From an uncultured Dehalococcoidia bacterium (GTDB lineage Bacteria; Chloroflexota; Dehalococcoidia; Lucifugimonadales; CATQGZ01): a stretch of 64,000 bases of DNA. Below the pieces are notes generated by a model. The model was not told where the DNA came from. It made no database searches and worked only from the letters and a program-made list of their open reading frames with translations. The number at the start of each line of letters is the position of its first letter. The stretch's first letter is position 1. The position numbers and the translations under genes are program-made. Where the stretch lies: NCBI GenBank assembly GCA_964570875.1, contig CAZMZE010000040.1, forward strand, positions 3,252 through 67,251, given 5' to 3'. This document shows, in pieces, positions 28,007-38,201 of the stretch.

Positions 28007-29383
28007 ATGCAAGAGCATATACAGCTCTCACAAAAACAAATAAATGAGGATCTGCTCGACGGTGTACTCAGGACACCTAAGTGGTGGCCACCACTCACCA
28101 CGTTCTTATTGATAGTATTTCTGGCCGGAGTCGCTGCTTTTTCATATATGTTGAATAAAGGGGTAGGGGTAACTGGCCTGAACAGACCAGTTATGTGGGG
28201 ATTCTTTATGACCAATTTCGTGTTCTGGATTGGTATCAGCCACGCGGGGATCATGATTTCGGCTATTCTTAGACTTACGCAGGCTGAATGGCGCAGGCCT
28301 ATAACTAGAGCCGCTGAAGTTTTAACTGTATTCTCGCTGACCTCTGCTTTAATGGCTGCACCACTAGTACACGTTGGTAGGCCATGGAGAGCCGCTCTAT
28401 GGGTGTTCCCATATGACTTTGCAAGAGGAGTATGGCCAAATATTCGTTCCCCTTTTATATGGGATCCTAGTGCAGTTATGACGTATCTAACAGCGAGTGC
28501 GTTATTCGTGTTCGTATGCTTATTACCCGACCTAGCTATCATAAGAGACAGGACCACTGGTTTTACTCACAAGTTATACAGTTTTCTGTGCCTTGGTTGG
28601 AGAGGAACACCGCGCCAATGGAAGCTTCAGATTGTGGCTGGTATTCTACTCTCAGCTCTAGTACTCCCCGTATTCGTTTCAGTCCATAGCATCGTATCTT
28701 GGGACTTCGCTGTAAACATTAGCGTTGAAGCATGGCACTCAACAATTTTTGCTCCATATTTTATAATTGGTGCTATACATTCTGGTGTATCCGCAGTCGC
28801 CATGGTAATGGCAATAATGGTCTGGCTCTGGAAATTAGATAAATACATCCGCCCTGATCACTTTGATGCAATAGGCAGACTGTTAATCATTGTCGCCACA
28901 ACATGGTTTTTCTTCTTTTTCTTAGAATGGGTCTTTGCACTGTACACACTAGAAAAGCCTGAAGTAGCAGTGCGCGACCTGCAAGTTTTTCAGGAACCAT
29001 ATGCCTGGATGTTTTTGGCATTCCTGCTAACAGGCTACTTCATACCAGTTCCAATATGGATGTTCAAAAGTGCCCGGAGAAAAGTATGGGTAATGTTCTG
29101 GACTACAATTCTGGTAAATGTTGGTATGTGGCTCGAGCGTTTCCTGATAATTATCCCTGGGTTGACTCGTAAAACTCCATTCACATTTGCCTGGGGATCC
29201 TATCAACCTAGTCTAGTTGAAATATTGATGGTGACAGCAACATTTGCATGGGTGGGACTGGGAATGTTGGTGTTCTCGCGTTTGTTCCCTCTGATACCTC
29301 TTTTTGATATAAAGGAAGGTATGGTAATGAGGGACGAAGTTAAAATTGGTAGAGTAACAGTTCCCGCAAGTATAAGAGAGTAA
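28007..29383 (+). CDS. actC: ACIII quinol-oxidising membrane subunit
   Basis: NFVFWIGISHAG, HVGRPW, RSPFIWD, SVHSIVSWDFA, WHSTIFAPYF. Confidence 0.92.
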   Translation: MQEHIQLSQKQINEDLLDGVLRTPKWWPPLTTFLLIVFLAGVAAFSYMLNKGVGVTGLNRPVMWGFFMTNFVFWIGISHAGIMISAILRLTQAEWRRPITRAAEVLTVFSLTSALMAAPLVHVGRPWRAALWVFPYDFARGVWPNIRSPFIWDPSAVMTYLTASALFVFVCLLPDLAIIRDRTTGFTHKLYSFLCLGWRGTPRQWKLQIVAGILLSALVLPVFVSVHSIVSWDFAVNISVEAWHSTIFAPYFIIGAIHSGVSAVAMVMAIMVWLWKLDKYIRPDHFDAIGRLLIIVATTWFFFFFLEWVFALYTLEKPEVAVRDLQVFQEPYAWMFLAFLLTGYFIPVPIWMFKSARRKVWVMFWTTILVNVGMWLERFLIIIPGLTRKTPFTFAWGSYQPSLVEILMVTATFAWVGLGMLVFSRLFPLIPLFDIKEGMVMRDEVKIGRVTVPASIRE

Positions 29384-29393
29384 AGGTTTCGTC

Positions 29394-29930
29394 ATGCTTA
29401 ACATGCTTAAACAGAAGAGCATAATTGGTGTTTACACAGATGAGAATACTGCTGCTGATGCGCTCGACGCACTAAATTCAGCAGGGTATGAGACTAATGA
29501 ATATGAGATTTTGACTGGCACTCCTTACCCGGAGGGCACTTTCGGTGAACACGAACCAAAACATACGCTCTACCGATGGCCACTTATCGGAGCAGCATGT
29601 GGGTTCATAGTTGGTTTGATGCTCACTGCAGGAACCCAGATAGCGTACCCACTTGTCACTGGAGGAAAACCGGTCCTAGGTATCCCTCCAATGGCAATAA
29701 TCATGTACGAAGGTACCATGCTAGGCGCAATTCTTTTCACGATAATCGGTATCCTATTTGAATCTCGTCTGCCCAGACTATTCATGGGAGCATACGATAC
29801 TCGAATAACAGAAGGCTATATTGGTATTACGGTAACAACTTCACCTGAGCGTATAGAGAAAGCCGAAGAGGTTCTGCATAATTCCGGCGCACAAGACATT
29901 AGCAAAGGATGGGAAGAAAACAATGTTTGA
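29394..29930 (+). CDS. actD: ACIII subunit D (DUF3341 type)
   Basis: TPYP, two TM, YPLVTGGKP, YEGTML, YDTRI. Confidence 0.87.
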   Translation: MLNMLKQKSIIGVYTDENTAADALDALNSAGYETNEYEILTGTPYPEGTFGEHEPKHTLYRWPLIGAACGFIVGLMLTAGTQIAYPLVTGGKPVLGIPPMAIIMYEGTMLGAILFTIIGILFESRLPRLFMGAYDTRITEGYIGITVTTSPERIEKAEEVLHNSGAQDISKGWEENNV

Positions 29931-29956
29931 TGGATTCCTGTCAGAAACTGGGTTAA

Positions 29957-30664
29957 ATGTTCACGCAATATAGAAATAACTTGATAAATTTCTACGGCCT
30001 CAAGACCATGATTGGGATTTTGGCGTCCCGTATTAAGGGATTAGCTCAGTTGGGAAATTTGTTACCAGCACTTATAGTCATACCCAGTCTAACATTGGTA
30101 GCATGTTACGATAGCACAACTGGAGAAACAGAAATAGGACCGAGTATTACATTTGACTTACCGGTTTTTTCTCAAACTGGTTCTCACGCAGTTCAAGTTT
30201 TCACTGAAATGCACTACCAACCTTCTTACCGCTCGCAAGAAATTCCTAGAATTCATCCTCCTAGTGATTCTATACCAACAACCGGTAAAGAAATGACTCG
30301 CTCTAGTATTGAGGAATATCAAGTTTTAGCCATTCCTTCTGACGCAATCAATACCTATGACCTCTCCACCGTCGAGAGTATCTACCAAACAAATTGTCAG
30401 GTTTGTCATGGTGCAAAACTTGACGGCAATGGCGCGATTGTGGAGTTCATGGACCGAGGACCAATGCCAGTGGATCTTAAATCCGACTCCGCGCGACAAG
30501 CCTCTGATGGAGAACTATTTGGATTTATTAGTGGCGGTGGCAGGCAAGGTCTTTCTGCACTACTCCGAAATAAACCTTCCACATCTCCAATGCCTCGGTT
30601 TGGAAGCCTCTTAAGTGAACAAGAGAGATGGTGGCTAGTACAGTACGTCCGTAATACTCGCTAA
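29957..30664 (+). CDS. actE: ACIII monoheme cytochrome c lipoprotein
   Basis: Lipobox LVAC, EMHYQPS, CQVCH, distal MP; true start may be ATG 30008. Confidence 0.85.
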   Translation: MFTQYRNNLINFYGLKTMIGILASRIKGLAQLGNLLPALIVIPSLTLVACYDSTTGETEIGPSITFDLPVFSQTGSHAVQVFTEMHYQPSYRSQEIPRIHPPSDSIPTTGKEMTRSSIEEYQVLAIPSDAINTYDLSTVESIYQTNCQVCHGAKLDGNGAIVEFMDRGPMPVDLKSDSARQASDGELFGFISGGGRQGLSALLRNKPSTSPMPRFGSLLSEQERWWLVQYVRNTR

Positions 30665-30749
30665 AGCTGTCTTGTTCGTATCAGAATATACACAATTCTG
30701 TTGGAACGCTCTTCAATTCAGGTATTTTCGCCAGGTAATAGCGAACAGC

Positions 30750-31463
30750 TCAAACCACTTCGAGTGCACATACCTTTGAAGCTACCAAATGACTGAAGAC
30801 TATGCTCTGCCTGCCTAACTTTAGCATAATGACGCCCGTGGCAGGAGAGACGTCCTGAACCGTTACTTTACTACCTGGAATAAAATTGTTTTCCACAAAA
30901 TAGTCCAATAGATCCTGGTCATCCTCTGGCACCTGTGTTATCAGCAGTTTTTGCCCAGCTTCCACGTGATCAAGAGTTATCTGATTTTGCTCTGGTACAT
31001 AACCACTGCCGGGTATTGGATGACCGAAAGGACAGGTGGTAGGATTACCAAGTTTTTTGAATATCAGTTCCTCTAATTTAGGGGAAATCGCATGTTCAAG
31101 TTGATGTGCTTCAATATGAGCACTAGCTAGATCTAGTCCTAACATATCCACTACTAATCGCTCGGCAAGTCTGTGGCGCCTCACTATACTTTCAGCTAAG
31201 CCATGCCCTGATTCTGTTAAAATCAATTCTTTATTCGAACCCTGCTCTATTAGTTTTTCACGGGTCATTCGCCTAACCATCCCAGCTATAGATGGTAAGG
31301 AGGTTCCAATTCCTTCAGCTTGAGGAAGTGTCTTTAGATGGTCCGAGAGGACGGTTGGAGTGACAGCGATATCTTCTGATTCCTTTAGTCTGTATATTGA
31401 CAGAAGATAGTTCTCAGTTGCACTCGATAGGCGCTGTGGGTCGTTAGCTCGTGTGTCAGACAT
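30750..31463 (-). CDS. DtxR/MntR/IdeR metal-dependent repressor with FeoA domain
   Basis: ENYL, RRHRLAE, EAHQLEH, TCPFGHPIP. Confidence 0.92.
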   Translation of the reverse strand: MSDTRANDPQRLSSATENYLLSIYRLKESEDIAVTPTVLSDHLKTLPQAEGIGTSLPSIAGMVRRMTREKLIEQGSNKELILTESGHGLAESIVRRHRLAERLVVDMLGLDLASAHIEAHQLEHAISPKLEELIFKKLGNPTTCPFGHPIPGSGYVPEQNQITLDHVEAGQKLLITQVPEDDQDLLDYFVENNFIPGSKVTVQDVSPATGVIMLKLGRQSIVFSHLVASKVCALEVV

Positions 31464-31498
31464 AAACGTTAACCACAATAGTATTTCAAAGACAACCC

Positions 31499-31897
31499 TT
31501 ACCGTTTAGTATACTGCTTGGCTTTACGAGCCCTCTTCAATCCGTATTTCTTTCGCTCTTTCTCTCTTGAATCACGTGTTAGCAAACCCGCCTTTTTTAA
31601 CGGTATCCTCAAATTCGGGTCCGCCTCTACAAGCGCTCTTGATATACCGTGCTTCAATGCATCAGCCTGGCTGACAATTCCACCACCTGACGTTTTCGCA
31701 ACTACTCTGAATTGGTTTTTACTATTTGTTACTTCAAATGGTAAACCAATTGACTCTCGCCAAGAAGCCCAAGGGAATGCCTCCTCTACCGGCTTGCCGT
31801 TAACAACAATGGGACCGCTATCACTATACAATCTCACTCTTGCGACTGATGTCTTACGCTTACCCGTTCCGTAGTAATACTTCTGTTGCTCGTTCAA
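31499..31897 (-). CDS. rpsI: 30S ribosomal protein S9
   Basis: GTGKRKTSVARV...ERKKYGLKRARKAKQYTKR. Confidence 0.98.
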   Translation of the reverse strand: MNEQQKYYYGTGKRKTSVARVRLYSDSGPIVVNGKPVEEAFPWASWRESIGLPFEVTNSKNQFRVVAKTSGGGIVSQADALKHGISRALVEADPNLRIPLKKAGLLTRDSREKERKKYGLKRARKAKQYTKR

Positions 31898-31926
31898 ATA
31901 TATCTCCTGTCATTTTTGCCCAACTA

Positions 31927-32364
31927 CTACTTCGTTGCCGATGCTATCTGAGCCTGGTGAGGATGATCATTCCCGACATACAACTTTAGTCTTGAGAGCA
32001 TTTTCCTTCCCAATTTACTTTTGGGTAACATCCCTTTTACTGCATGCTGTATAACCCTTGTGGGAGCGATTTGCAGCACTTCTTCCAAGGATTGCTCAGT
32101 CAAACCTCCTGGATAACCACTATGCCTATAATACATTTTTTTATTCAGTTTATCTCCAGTGACTTTAACTTTTTCTGCATTCACCACTACCACAAAATCC
32201 CCTGTGTTCAAATAAGGCACATAGGAAACCTTATGTTTTCCTTGAAGTAGTATAGCTATTTCTGAGCAAACTCTGCCCAGTGTCTTGCCTGAAGCATCTA
32301 CTACATGCCAATTGGATTGTATATCTTCTAGCCTAGTTCGATGCAAATTCGGATTAATTCCCAT
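31927..32364 (-). CDS. rplM: 50S ribosomal protein L13
   Basis: WHVVDA, GKHK, YYRHSGYPGGL. Confidence 0.98.
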   Translation of the reverse strand: MGINPNLHRTRLEDIQSNWHVVDASGKTLGRVCSEIAILLQGKHKVSYVPYLNTGDFVVVVNAEKVKVTGDKLNKKMYYRHSGYPGGLTEQSLEEVLQIAPTRVIQHAVKGMLPKSKLGRKMLSRLKLYVGNDHPHQAQIASATK

Positions 32365-33126
32365 CTACTTTTCACCTTCATTAACATTTTCGTTGTAATT
32401 CACCGCTATTAAGCACAATCCTTCGGCAGGCAGGCATCGAGAGTGACCTCCCAAAGAGCCTCTGAGCATTTCCCTGAATTGTTTATCCAATAAGGCACCT
32501 TTTCCTACATCTACCAAAGCTCCAACCATACGCCTAACTTGGTGAGGCAAGAAAGAACTTCCTTCAAACTCAAATACCATTTGATCACCATCAAAGTCTA
32601 TACTTGCCTCATATATTTCTCTGTAAGTAGACTTCCCATTTTCAATCTTCCCAGCAAATCTGGAAAAATCGTGGACACCTTTCAATAGTTCTATACAAGA
32701 CTCCATCGCTCTGAAATCCAACTCCATTGCGCCTGTCAACACAAAGGATGTACGTCTTCTCAATGGAGATCTAGTTAAACTACTTACTATAGTGTACCTA
32801 TATTTCCGACTTATTGCACATCTTCTAGGGTCGAATTCCTCGTCTACCACCCTCGCCTTCTTCACCGCTATATCGCTAGGCAGATAGAAATTCAATGCGT
32901 TCACAATTCTATCTGTTGAGTGATTTGTAACGGTTTCAAAGCTAACTACTTGTCCCAATGCGTGGACACCTGCATCAGTCCGTCCCGCCCCGCTCACTCT
33001 GAGTGACTCCCCCGTGAAGTTGTTGATTGCTTTTTCTATTTCCTCCTGAATTGTTGGAAAGTCAGACTGGTATTGAAATCCTTTATAATTGGTACCGTCA
33101 TACTCAACCACCAGTGCTAATTTCAT
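32365..33126 (-). CDS. truA: tRNA pseudouridine(38-40) synthase
   Basis: EYDGT, GRTDAGVHALGQ, FLPHQVR. Confidence 0.96.
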   Translation of the reverse strand: MKLALVVEYDGTNYKGFQYQSDFPTIQEEIEKAINNFTGESLRVSGAGRTDAGVHALGQVVSFETVTNHSTDRIVNALNFYLPSDIAVKKARVVDEEFDPRRCAISRKYRYTIVSSLTRSPLRRRTSFVLTGAMELDFRAMESCIELLKGVHDFSRFAGKIENGKSTYREIYEASIDFDGDQMVFEFEGSSFLPHQVRRMVGALVDVGKGALLDKQFREMLRGSLGGHSRCLPAEGLCLIAVNYNENVNEGEK

Positions 33127-33156
33127 ATCGCATCGAGGTATCTATAAAAATACCGA

Positions 33157-33513
33157 TTATGAAGGCATCAATTCTACTACTGCCATTTCAGCTGCATCAC
33201 CTGACCTTACACCAATTTTCACCATGCGAGTATAGCCACCATCCCTACTTGCATAACGAACCGCAAGATCCTCAAATACTTTACGGAGAACCGTTTCGTC
33301 GGTAAGGATTGCAGAGGCCTGCCTCCTATTGTGAAGAGTTCCTTTCTTCCCGTGAGTTATAATCTTATCAACCATCCTCTTGACTTCGCGTGCTTTTGCA
33401 TCAGTTGTCTTTATTGATTCATGACGTATTAGATCAGTTGTCATATTTCTAAGCATCAACATTCTGTGAGCTGTATTACGAGATAATTTCCGCCCGGCAA
33501 CTTTGTGTCTCAT
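33157..33513 (-). CDS. rplQ: 50S ribosomal protein L17
   Basis: MRHKVAGRKLSR, GGYTR, GDAAEMA. Confidence 0.98.
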   Translation of the reverse strand: MRHKVAGRKLSRNTAHRMLMLRNMTTDLIRHESIKTTDAKAREVKRMVDKIITHGKKGTLHNRRQASAILTDETVLRKVFEDLAVRYASRDGGYTRMVKIGVRSGDAAEMAVVELMPS

Positions 33514-33522
33514 GGTATTCCC

Positions 33523-34569
33523 TTATCCTTTATCCTCACTAACGACATCCGACTCGGCGGGCTCGTTATCATTATTAGGATCCAATTCTTGAGGCAGAAT
33601 TTCCATTTCTCGGAGTTTATCGAATAGCTCTCTGTATGATTTCTCTCCAAAATTTCGAATTTTCAACAAATCTTCTCGATCTAATTCCAATACTTCTCCC
33701 ACCTTATCAAGGCCAGCTCTCTTCAGACAATTAAGAGTCCTTGAAGACAGCTCTAAATCTTCTACAACTGTATTGTAGTGCTCCACGGGCATTTTCAAAG
33801 CTAGGGAAGGGCTTTCATTTTCACCATCAACAACTTTTTGGATGTTGGAAAATAAGAAAAATTGATTGACCAAAATAGTTCCAGCTTTTGTTATGGCTTC
33901 TATCGGGCTTATAGTTCCATCCGTCCACACCTGTATATCTATCAGCTCGTAGTCAGTTAACTTCCCTATCCTAGTTGTCTCAACTTCGTAGTTAACTTTC
34001 CTGATGGGCGTGTAGACTGCATCAACGGGCAACGTACCTATTGGAAGTCCTTTTTGACTTCCAGCTTCAACATACCCTAAACCTTGTTCAACATTCAATT
34101 CTACTGATAATTTTGAATCATCCGAGTCCAAAGTTGCCAAATGTAGGTCAGAATTGACGATTTCGAAATCCGCACTAGACATTATATCTCCAGCGCATAC
34201 TTCACCGCTCCCAGCAACTTCTAATCTAAGTTTCCCTGGTCTGTTTGCCCTGGATTTGAGTCTTACCGCCTTAAAATTCATGAGCAACTCTACAACTTCT
34301 TCTTTGATATTAGGTAAAGTTGAATATTCATGCAGCGCGCCATCTATTTTTACCGATGTAATCGCTGTTCCTTCAAGAGAATTATACAAAACTCTCCTTA
34401 TGGGGTTAGCTAGGGTAACTCCATAACCTGCTAGCAACGGTCCTATCACAAATCTACCGTAATTGTGATCCAATTCCCGTACTTCAATCTGAGGATTTGC
34501 ATCTGGTGCTTCCTCTTCCTCTTCTATCGAGGTATCTTCAACCTCGAGGTCCTGAAATTCTAAGACCAT
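33523..34569 (-). CDS. rpoA: RNA polymerase alpha subunit
   Basis: GYGVTLAN, LHEYSTL, RTLNCLKRAG, IRNFGEKS. Confidence 0.98.
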   Translation of the reverse strand: MVLEFQDLEVEDTSIEEEEEAPDANPQIEVRELDHNYGRFVIGPLLAGYGVTLANPIRRVLYNSLEGTAITSVKIDGALHEYSTLPNIKEEVVELLMNFKAVRLKSRANRPGKLRLEVAGSGEVCAGDIMSSADFEIVNSDLHLATLDSDDSKLSVELNVEQGLGYVEAGSQKGLPIGTLPVDAVYTPIRKVNYEVETTRIGKLTDYELIDIQVWTDGTISPIEAITKAGTILVNQFFLFSNIQKVVDGENESPSLALKMPVEHYNTVVEDLELSSRTLNCLKRAGLDKVGEVLELDREDLLKIRNFGEKSYRELFDKLREMEILPQELDPNNDNEPAESDVVSEDKG

Positions 34570-34608
34570 CAGACTAAACTCCTGTTCTTTGCAATGAAAT
34601 AATAGAAA

Positions 34609-35238
34609 TTATTTTGAGTAAAACTCTACGATTAACCTAAGATCTAAGCCTGAATCGACTTCAGACGCATCTGGAGCCCCGATGACTTCACCTGTCAGAT
34701 CTTTTTGATCTAGCTTTAACCAAGCAGGCACCGGGCGTTTTGGAATATCTTGAGTTAATTCTGTGATGAACTGAGGAATCGAACCATTAGCTCGTCTCCA
34801 TTTAACAACATCACCTGCTTTTACTTGATATGACGGGATATCTACTTTTCCGCCATTCACTGAAAAATGTCCGTGATTGACTAGCTGTCTGCTCTGCTGG
34901 CGAGAATCAGCAAAACACAACCTATATACTACATTGTCAAGACGTCTCTCCAAGAGACCTAATAATTCGTCACCAGTAACTCCAGGTTTTTCTCGAGCAC
35001 TTTCAAAGTATTTCCTGAATTGACGCTCAAGGACGCCGTACGTGAATCGTGCTTTCTGTTTCTCCTGTAGTTGAACAGCCCAATCTGAAGGCCGTCTCCT
35101 CCTACCAGACTGAGATCCTGGTGGGGTTTTCCGACGTTCAACACCACATTTGGGTCCGTAACATCTTTCGCCTTTCAAGAATAGTTTCTCGCCTATTCTT
35201 CGGCATTTCCGGCAAACTGCTTCTGTATATCTTGCCAT
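34609..35238 (-). CDS. rpsD: 30S ribosomal protein S4 (Zn-binding type)
   Basis: MARY, CRKCRR, LERRLDNVVYR, IVEFYSK. Confidence 0.98.
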   Translation of the reverse strand: MARYTEAVCRKCRRIGEKLFLKGERCYGPKCGVERRKTPPGSQSGRRRRPSDWAVQLQEKQKARFTYGVLERQFRKYFESAREKPGVTGDELLGLLERRLDNVVYRLCFADSRQQSRQLVNHGHFSVNGGKVDIPSYQVKAGDVVKWRRANGSIPQFITELTQDIPKRPVPAWLKLDQKDLTGEVIGAPDASEVDSGLDLRLIVEFYSK

Positions 35239-35261
35239 TTAACTTCGTGCCAAACCTTTCA

Positions 35262-36056
35262 TCAAACTAAAGCTAGACTCATTTGATTAACTAATTTTTC
35301 TCTTTCTTGATCACCACGGCGCATTCTGAGATCGCAATACAACAAAGTTAAGGCGATCCCTCCCAAAGGAGTAACTATGATCGAAGCCGTAAACCACGCC
35401 AATTTTGTTAATATTCCATCAATAACCATTCCCGACCACGAATTAGCAATTGCAAAAGGTAAAACCAATAACAGAGCGAAACCCATCGAACTGGCCAATA
35501 TAATCACTCCCATCCCCAACGACCTAAACAAACTTTGTTTGAATAGAATCCAACCATTTGTTAAAGCTTCCCAAGGGTTTGTGCCTTCAATAGTGATTGA
35601 ACATATAACCATCCCCATGTTAACAAACACTACTATTGATAGTAGTAACGGGACTAGCATCAGCAGAATTGATCCTAATCGAAAAGCAAGGTATAGCATA
35701 CCAATATCAAAAAAAACTGTTGCTATAAGCAATGCAGGCACTATACTAAGCGATTTAATGTGACTCCTCACTCTGAAATAACATTGTATTACTCTTACTT
35801 TTTCATCACCCAAATACTGTACAACCGCCAAGGACAATACAGCGTAGAGCAAAGCAAAGGCTATCAAACTGGTAACCGCAAACGTTACAAAGCTAAACAC
35901 TGATGCCTCTGATAAAACCCCTAACAATCCCAGGGGGATCTGTATTACCGCACAAAGCGACACAAAACCAAGGAAGCTCTTGCAATAAATCGCAACAGCC
36001 CTATTCATAATCTCACCAACAGCTAAAGGTTTTATATCGCTATTCATTAACCTCAC
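35262..36056 (-). CDS. Polytopic membrane protein inserted in the alpha operon
   Basis: About 6 TM; KPLAVGEI...IY at the N-terminus and LLYCDLRMRR at the C-terminus; likely start ATG 36047. Confidence 0.8.
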   Translation of the reverse strand: MRLMNSDIKPLAVGEIMNRAVAIYCKSFLGFVSLCAVIQIPLGLLGVLSEASVFSFVTFAVTSLIAFALLYAVLSLAVVQYLGDEKVRVIQCYFRVRSHIKSLSIVPALLIATVFFDIGMLYLAFRLGSILLMLVPLLLSIVVFVNMGMVICSITIEGTNPWEALTNGWILFKQSLFRSLGMGVIILASSMGFALLLVLPFAIANSWSGMVIDGILTKLAWFTASIIVTPLGGIALTLLYCDLRMRRGDQEREKLVNQMSLALV

Positions 36057-36062
36057 CGTTAA

Positions 36063-36449
36063 TTACACACGCCGTCTTTTGGGAGGCCTACAACCATTGT
36101 GGGGTATTGGGGTTACATCACGAATACTTGTAACCAAAATCCCATTAGCTTGCAAGGACCTTATTGCAGCTTCTCTACCAGCTCCGGGACCTTTAACCAA
36201 TACATCTACTTGCCTAAGTCCGTTTTCCATACCTTTTTTGGCTGCATCTTCTGCGGCACGTTGAGCAGCAAATGCTGTAGACTTCCTAGAGCCTGTATAA
36301 CCAGCAGTCCCTCCACTACCCCATCCAATCACATTACCTTGAGGATCCGTAAGAGTAATGATGGTATTGTTGAAAGTAGATTGTATGTAAGCCCTACCAG
36401 TTGGTATTGACTTTCTTTCTCTTCGTCTAGTCCTTGGTCTACGAGCCAT
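36063..36449 (-). CDS. rpsK: 30S ribosomal protein S11
   Basis: [30 protein letters not shown]. Confidence 0.98.
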   Translation of the reverse strand: MARRPRTRRRERKSIPTGRAYIQSTFNNTIITLTDPQGNVIGWGSGGTAGYTGSRKSTAFAAQRAAEDAAKKGMENGLRQVDVLVKGPGAGREAAIRSLQANGILVTSIRDVTPIPHNGCRPPKRRRV

Positions 36450-36461
36450 ATTTCATCTCCG

Positions 36462-36845
36462 TTAGGTTCTAGTTACAGTATGTTTTCGTCCAGCCACTGC
36501 CCTGCGTTTACCACGTTTTGTCCTTGCATTAGTCTTGGTTCGTTGCCCACGAACTGGCAACCCTCGCCTGTGCCGACCGCCTCTAAATGAGCCTATATCA
36601 ATTAGTCGCCGGACATTCAAATTTACTTCTCGCCTAAGATCTCCCTCAACATTCCTACCTTTATCCACCAAATCTCGTATTCTAGACAGTTGATCTTCTG
36701 TCAAGTCCTTAACACGAGGATCACCTAATACTCCAGCGGTATTGAGTATCTCCCTAGCTTGATAAGCGCCAATTCCGTATATGGATCTTAAGGCTACATG
36801 AACCCTTTTACCATCTGGAATATTTACACCTGATACTAATGCCAT
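36462..36845 (-). CDS. rpsM: 30S ribosomal protein S13
   Basis: [25 protein letters not shown]. Confidence 0.98.
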   Translation of the reverse strand: MALVSGVNIPDGKRVHVALRSIYGIGAYQAREILNTAGVLGDPRVKDLTEDQLSRIRDLVDKGRNVEGDLRREVNLNVRRLIDIGSFRGGRHRRGLPVRGQRTKTNARTKRGKRRAVAGRKHTVTRT

Positions 36846-36864
36846 CCTAGCTCCTTAAACTCAA

Positions 36865-36978
36865 TTATCCTTGACGCTGCTTATGCTTTTGCACATCGCA
36901 AATCACCATAACTCGGCCTTTACGCCGAATAACTTTACATTTAGCACACCTGACTTTCACCGATGCCGAAACTTTCAC
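36865..36978 (-). CDS. rpmJ: 50S ribosomal protein L36 (Zn type)
   Basis: Manual translation [37 protein letters not shown]; GTG start after GGAGG. Confidence 0.97.
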   Translation of the reverse strand: MKVSASVKVRCAKCKVIRRKGRVMVICDVQKHKQRQG

Positions 36979-37078
36979 CTGATCCCTCCATTAATTTAAC
37001 AACCACTACCCCGATTTCACAGCTTATTAATTTTTAATGTCAAGCTAGGTTGTCCATGTACAATGCCCATCCAATCAT

Positions 37079-37297
37079 TTATCTGAACCTATATGTGATT
37101 CTACCTCTAGACAAATCATACGGGGACAACTCTACAAGAACTCTATCCCCGGGGAGTACCCTTATAAAATTCATCCTTAACTTGCCGGATATATACGCAT
37201 GGACACTATGGCCGTTCGCAAGCTTCACAGTGAATGACGCATTGGGTAAAGAGTCTATGATCTCGCCTTCAACTTCAATGGCTTCTTTCTTTGCCAC
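37079..37297 (-). CDS. infA: Translation initiation factor IF-1
   Basis: [22 protein letters not shown]. Confidence 0.98.
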   Translation of the reverse strand: MAKKEAIEVEGEIIDSLPNASFTVKLANGHSVHAYISGKLRMNFIRVLPGDRVLVELSPYDLSRGRITYRFR

Positions 37298-37301
37298 AGT
37301 A

Positions 37302-38042
37302 TTAAACAGACCCTCCTCTCAATGAAGTTAAAACTTCTGGTCCATTCTTGGTTATCGCTATAGTTTCTTCAAAATGCGCAGACAAACTACCATCTGCAGT
37401 ACTCACAGTCCATCCGTCTTCTAGTTCAATAGTATCCCAACCCCCAATATTAAGCATCGGCTCGATGGCAATAGTCATTGATTGCTTAAGCATAGGGCCT
37501 CTACCTGCAATGCCATAGTTAGGAACCTGAGGTTCCTCATGTAATTGCCTCCCTATTCCATGACCAACATACTGACGAACCACCGAATATCCTCTATCCT
37601 CCGCATAATTCTGAACCGACGATGAAATATCTCCAATTCGGCATCCATCTTTGGCATTAGATATCCCTGCCAATAACGCCTCATTGGTTGCTTCAATTAG
37701 GAGACTCGCTTTTTCACTGATTTCTCCAACACCCATCGTAAATGCACTATCACCATGAAATCCGTCTACCACTGCTCCTACATCCACACTGACTATATCT
37801 CCATTTCTCAAAACTCTCTTACTTGGTATTCCATGAACTATCTCCTCATTAACTGATACACAGACGGTCGCTGGAAAAGGAATAGATCCTCCTCCTGTAT
37901 ATCCCTTAAATGATGGATTCGCTCCTAATTCCAAAATTCTTTTTTCAGCAAGCCTGTCCAGATCAATAGTCATAATCCCTGGACCAATAAGCTCTTTTAG
38001 TTCTGATTTAACTTGGGCAACAACACTGCCTGCTTTACGCAT
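37302..38042 (-). CDS. map: Methionine aminopeptidase type I (true start probably upstream; see findings)
   Basis: VHGIP, DVG...HGDSA, GHGIG..LHEEP, AIEPM, SAHFE. Confidence 0.96.
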   Translation of the reverse strand: MRKAGSVVAQVKSELKELIGPGIMTIDLDRLAEKRILELGANPSFKGYTGGGSIPFPATVCVSVNEEIVHGIPSKRVLRNGDIVSVDVGAVVDGFHGDSAFTMGVGEISEKASLLIEATNEALLAGISNAKDGCRIGDISSSVQNYAEDRGYSVVRQYVGHGIGRQLHEEPQVPNYGIAGRGPMLKQSMTIAIEPMLNIGGWDTIELEDGWTVSTADGSLSAHFEETIAITKNGPEVLTSLRGGSV

Positions 38043-38201
38043 TGAATCAAGCTCTTTATCAGACTTTACTGTTATAGCTCCTTGGCTAACTATTTTTCAT
38101 TTTCCTTTCGAACCAACAATTACGTTTTCGTTTCCAATTTATCAACAGCCTTCAAAAGGCAGCACTATCTAGTTTACATAAACTTTGCCAACCCAACAAC
38201 C

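Noticed and set aside
27979-28557. 192-aa minus-strand ORF and the many similar overlapping ORFs in the track
   Set aside because: Antisense or alternate-frame shadows of well-supported genes.
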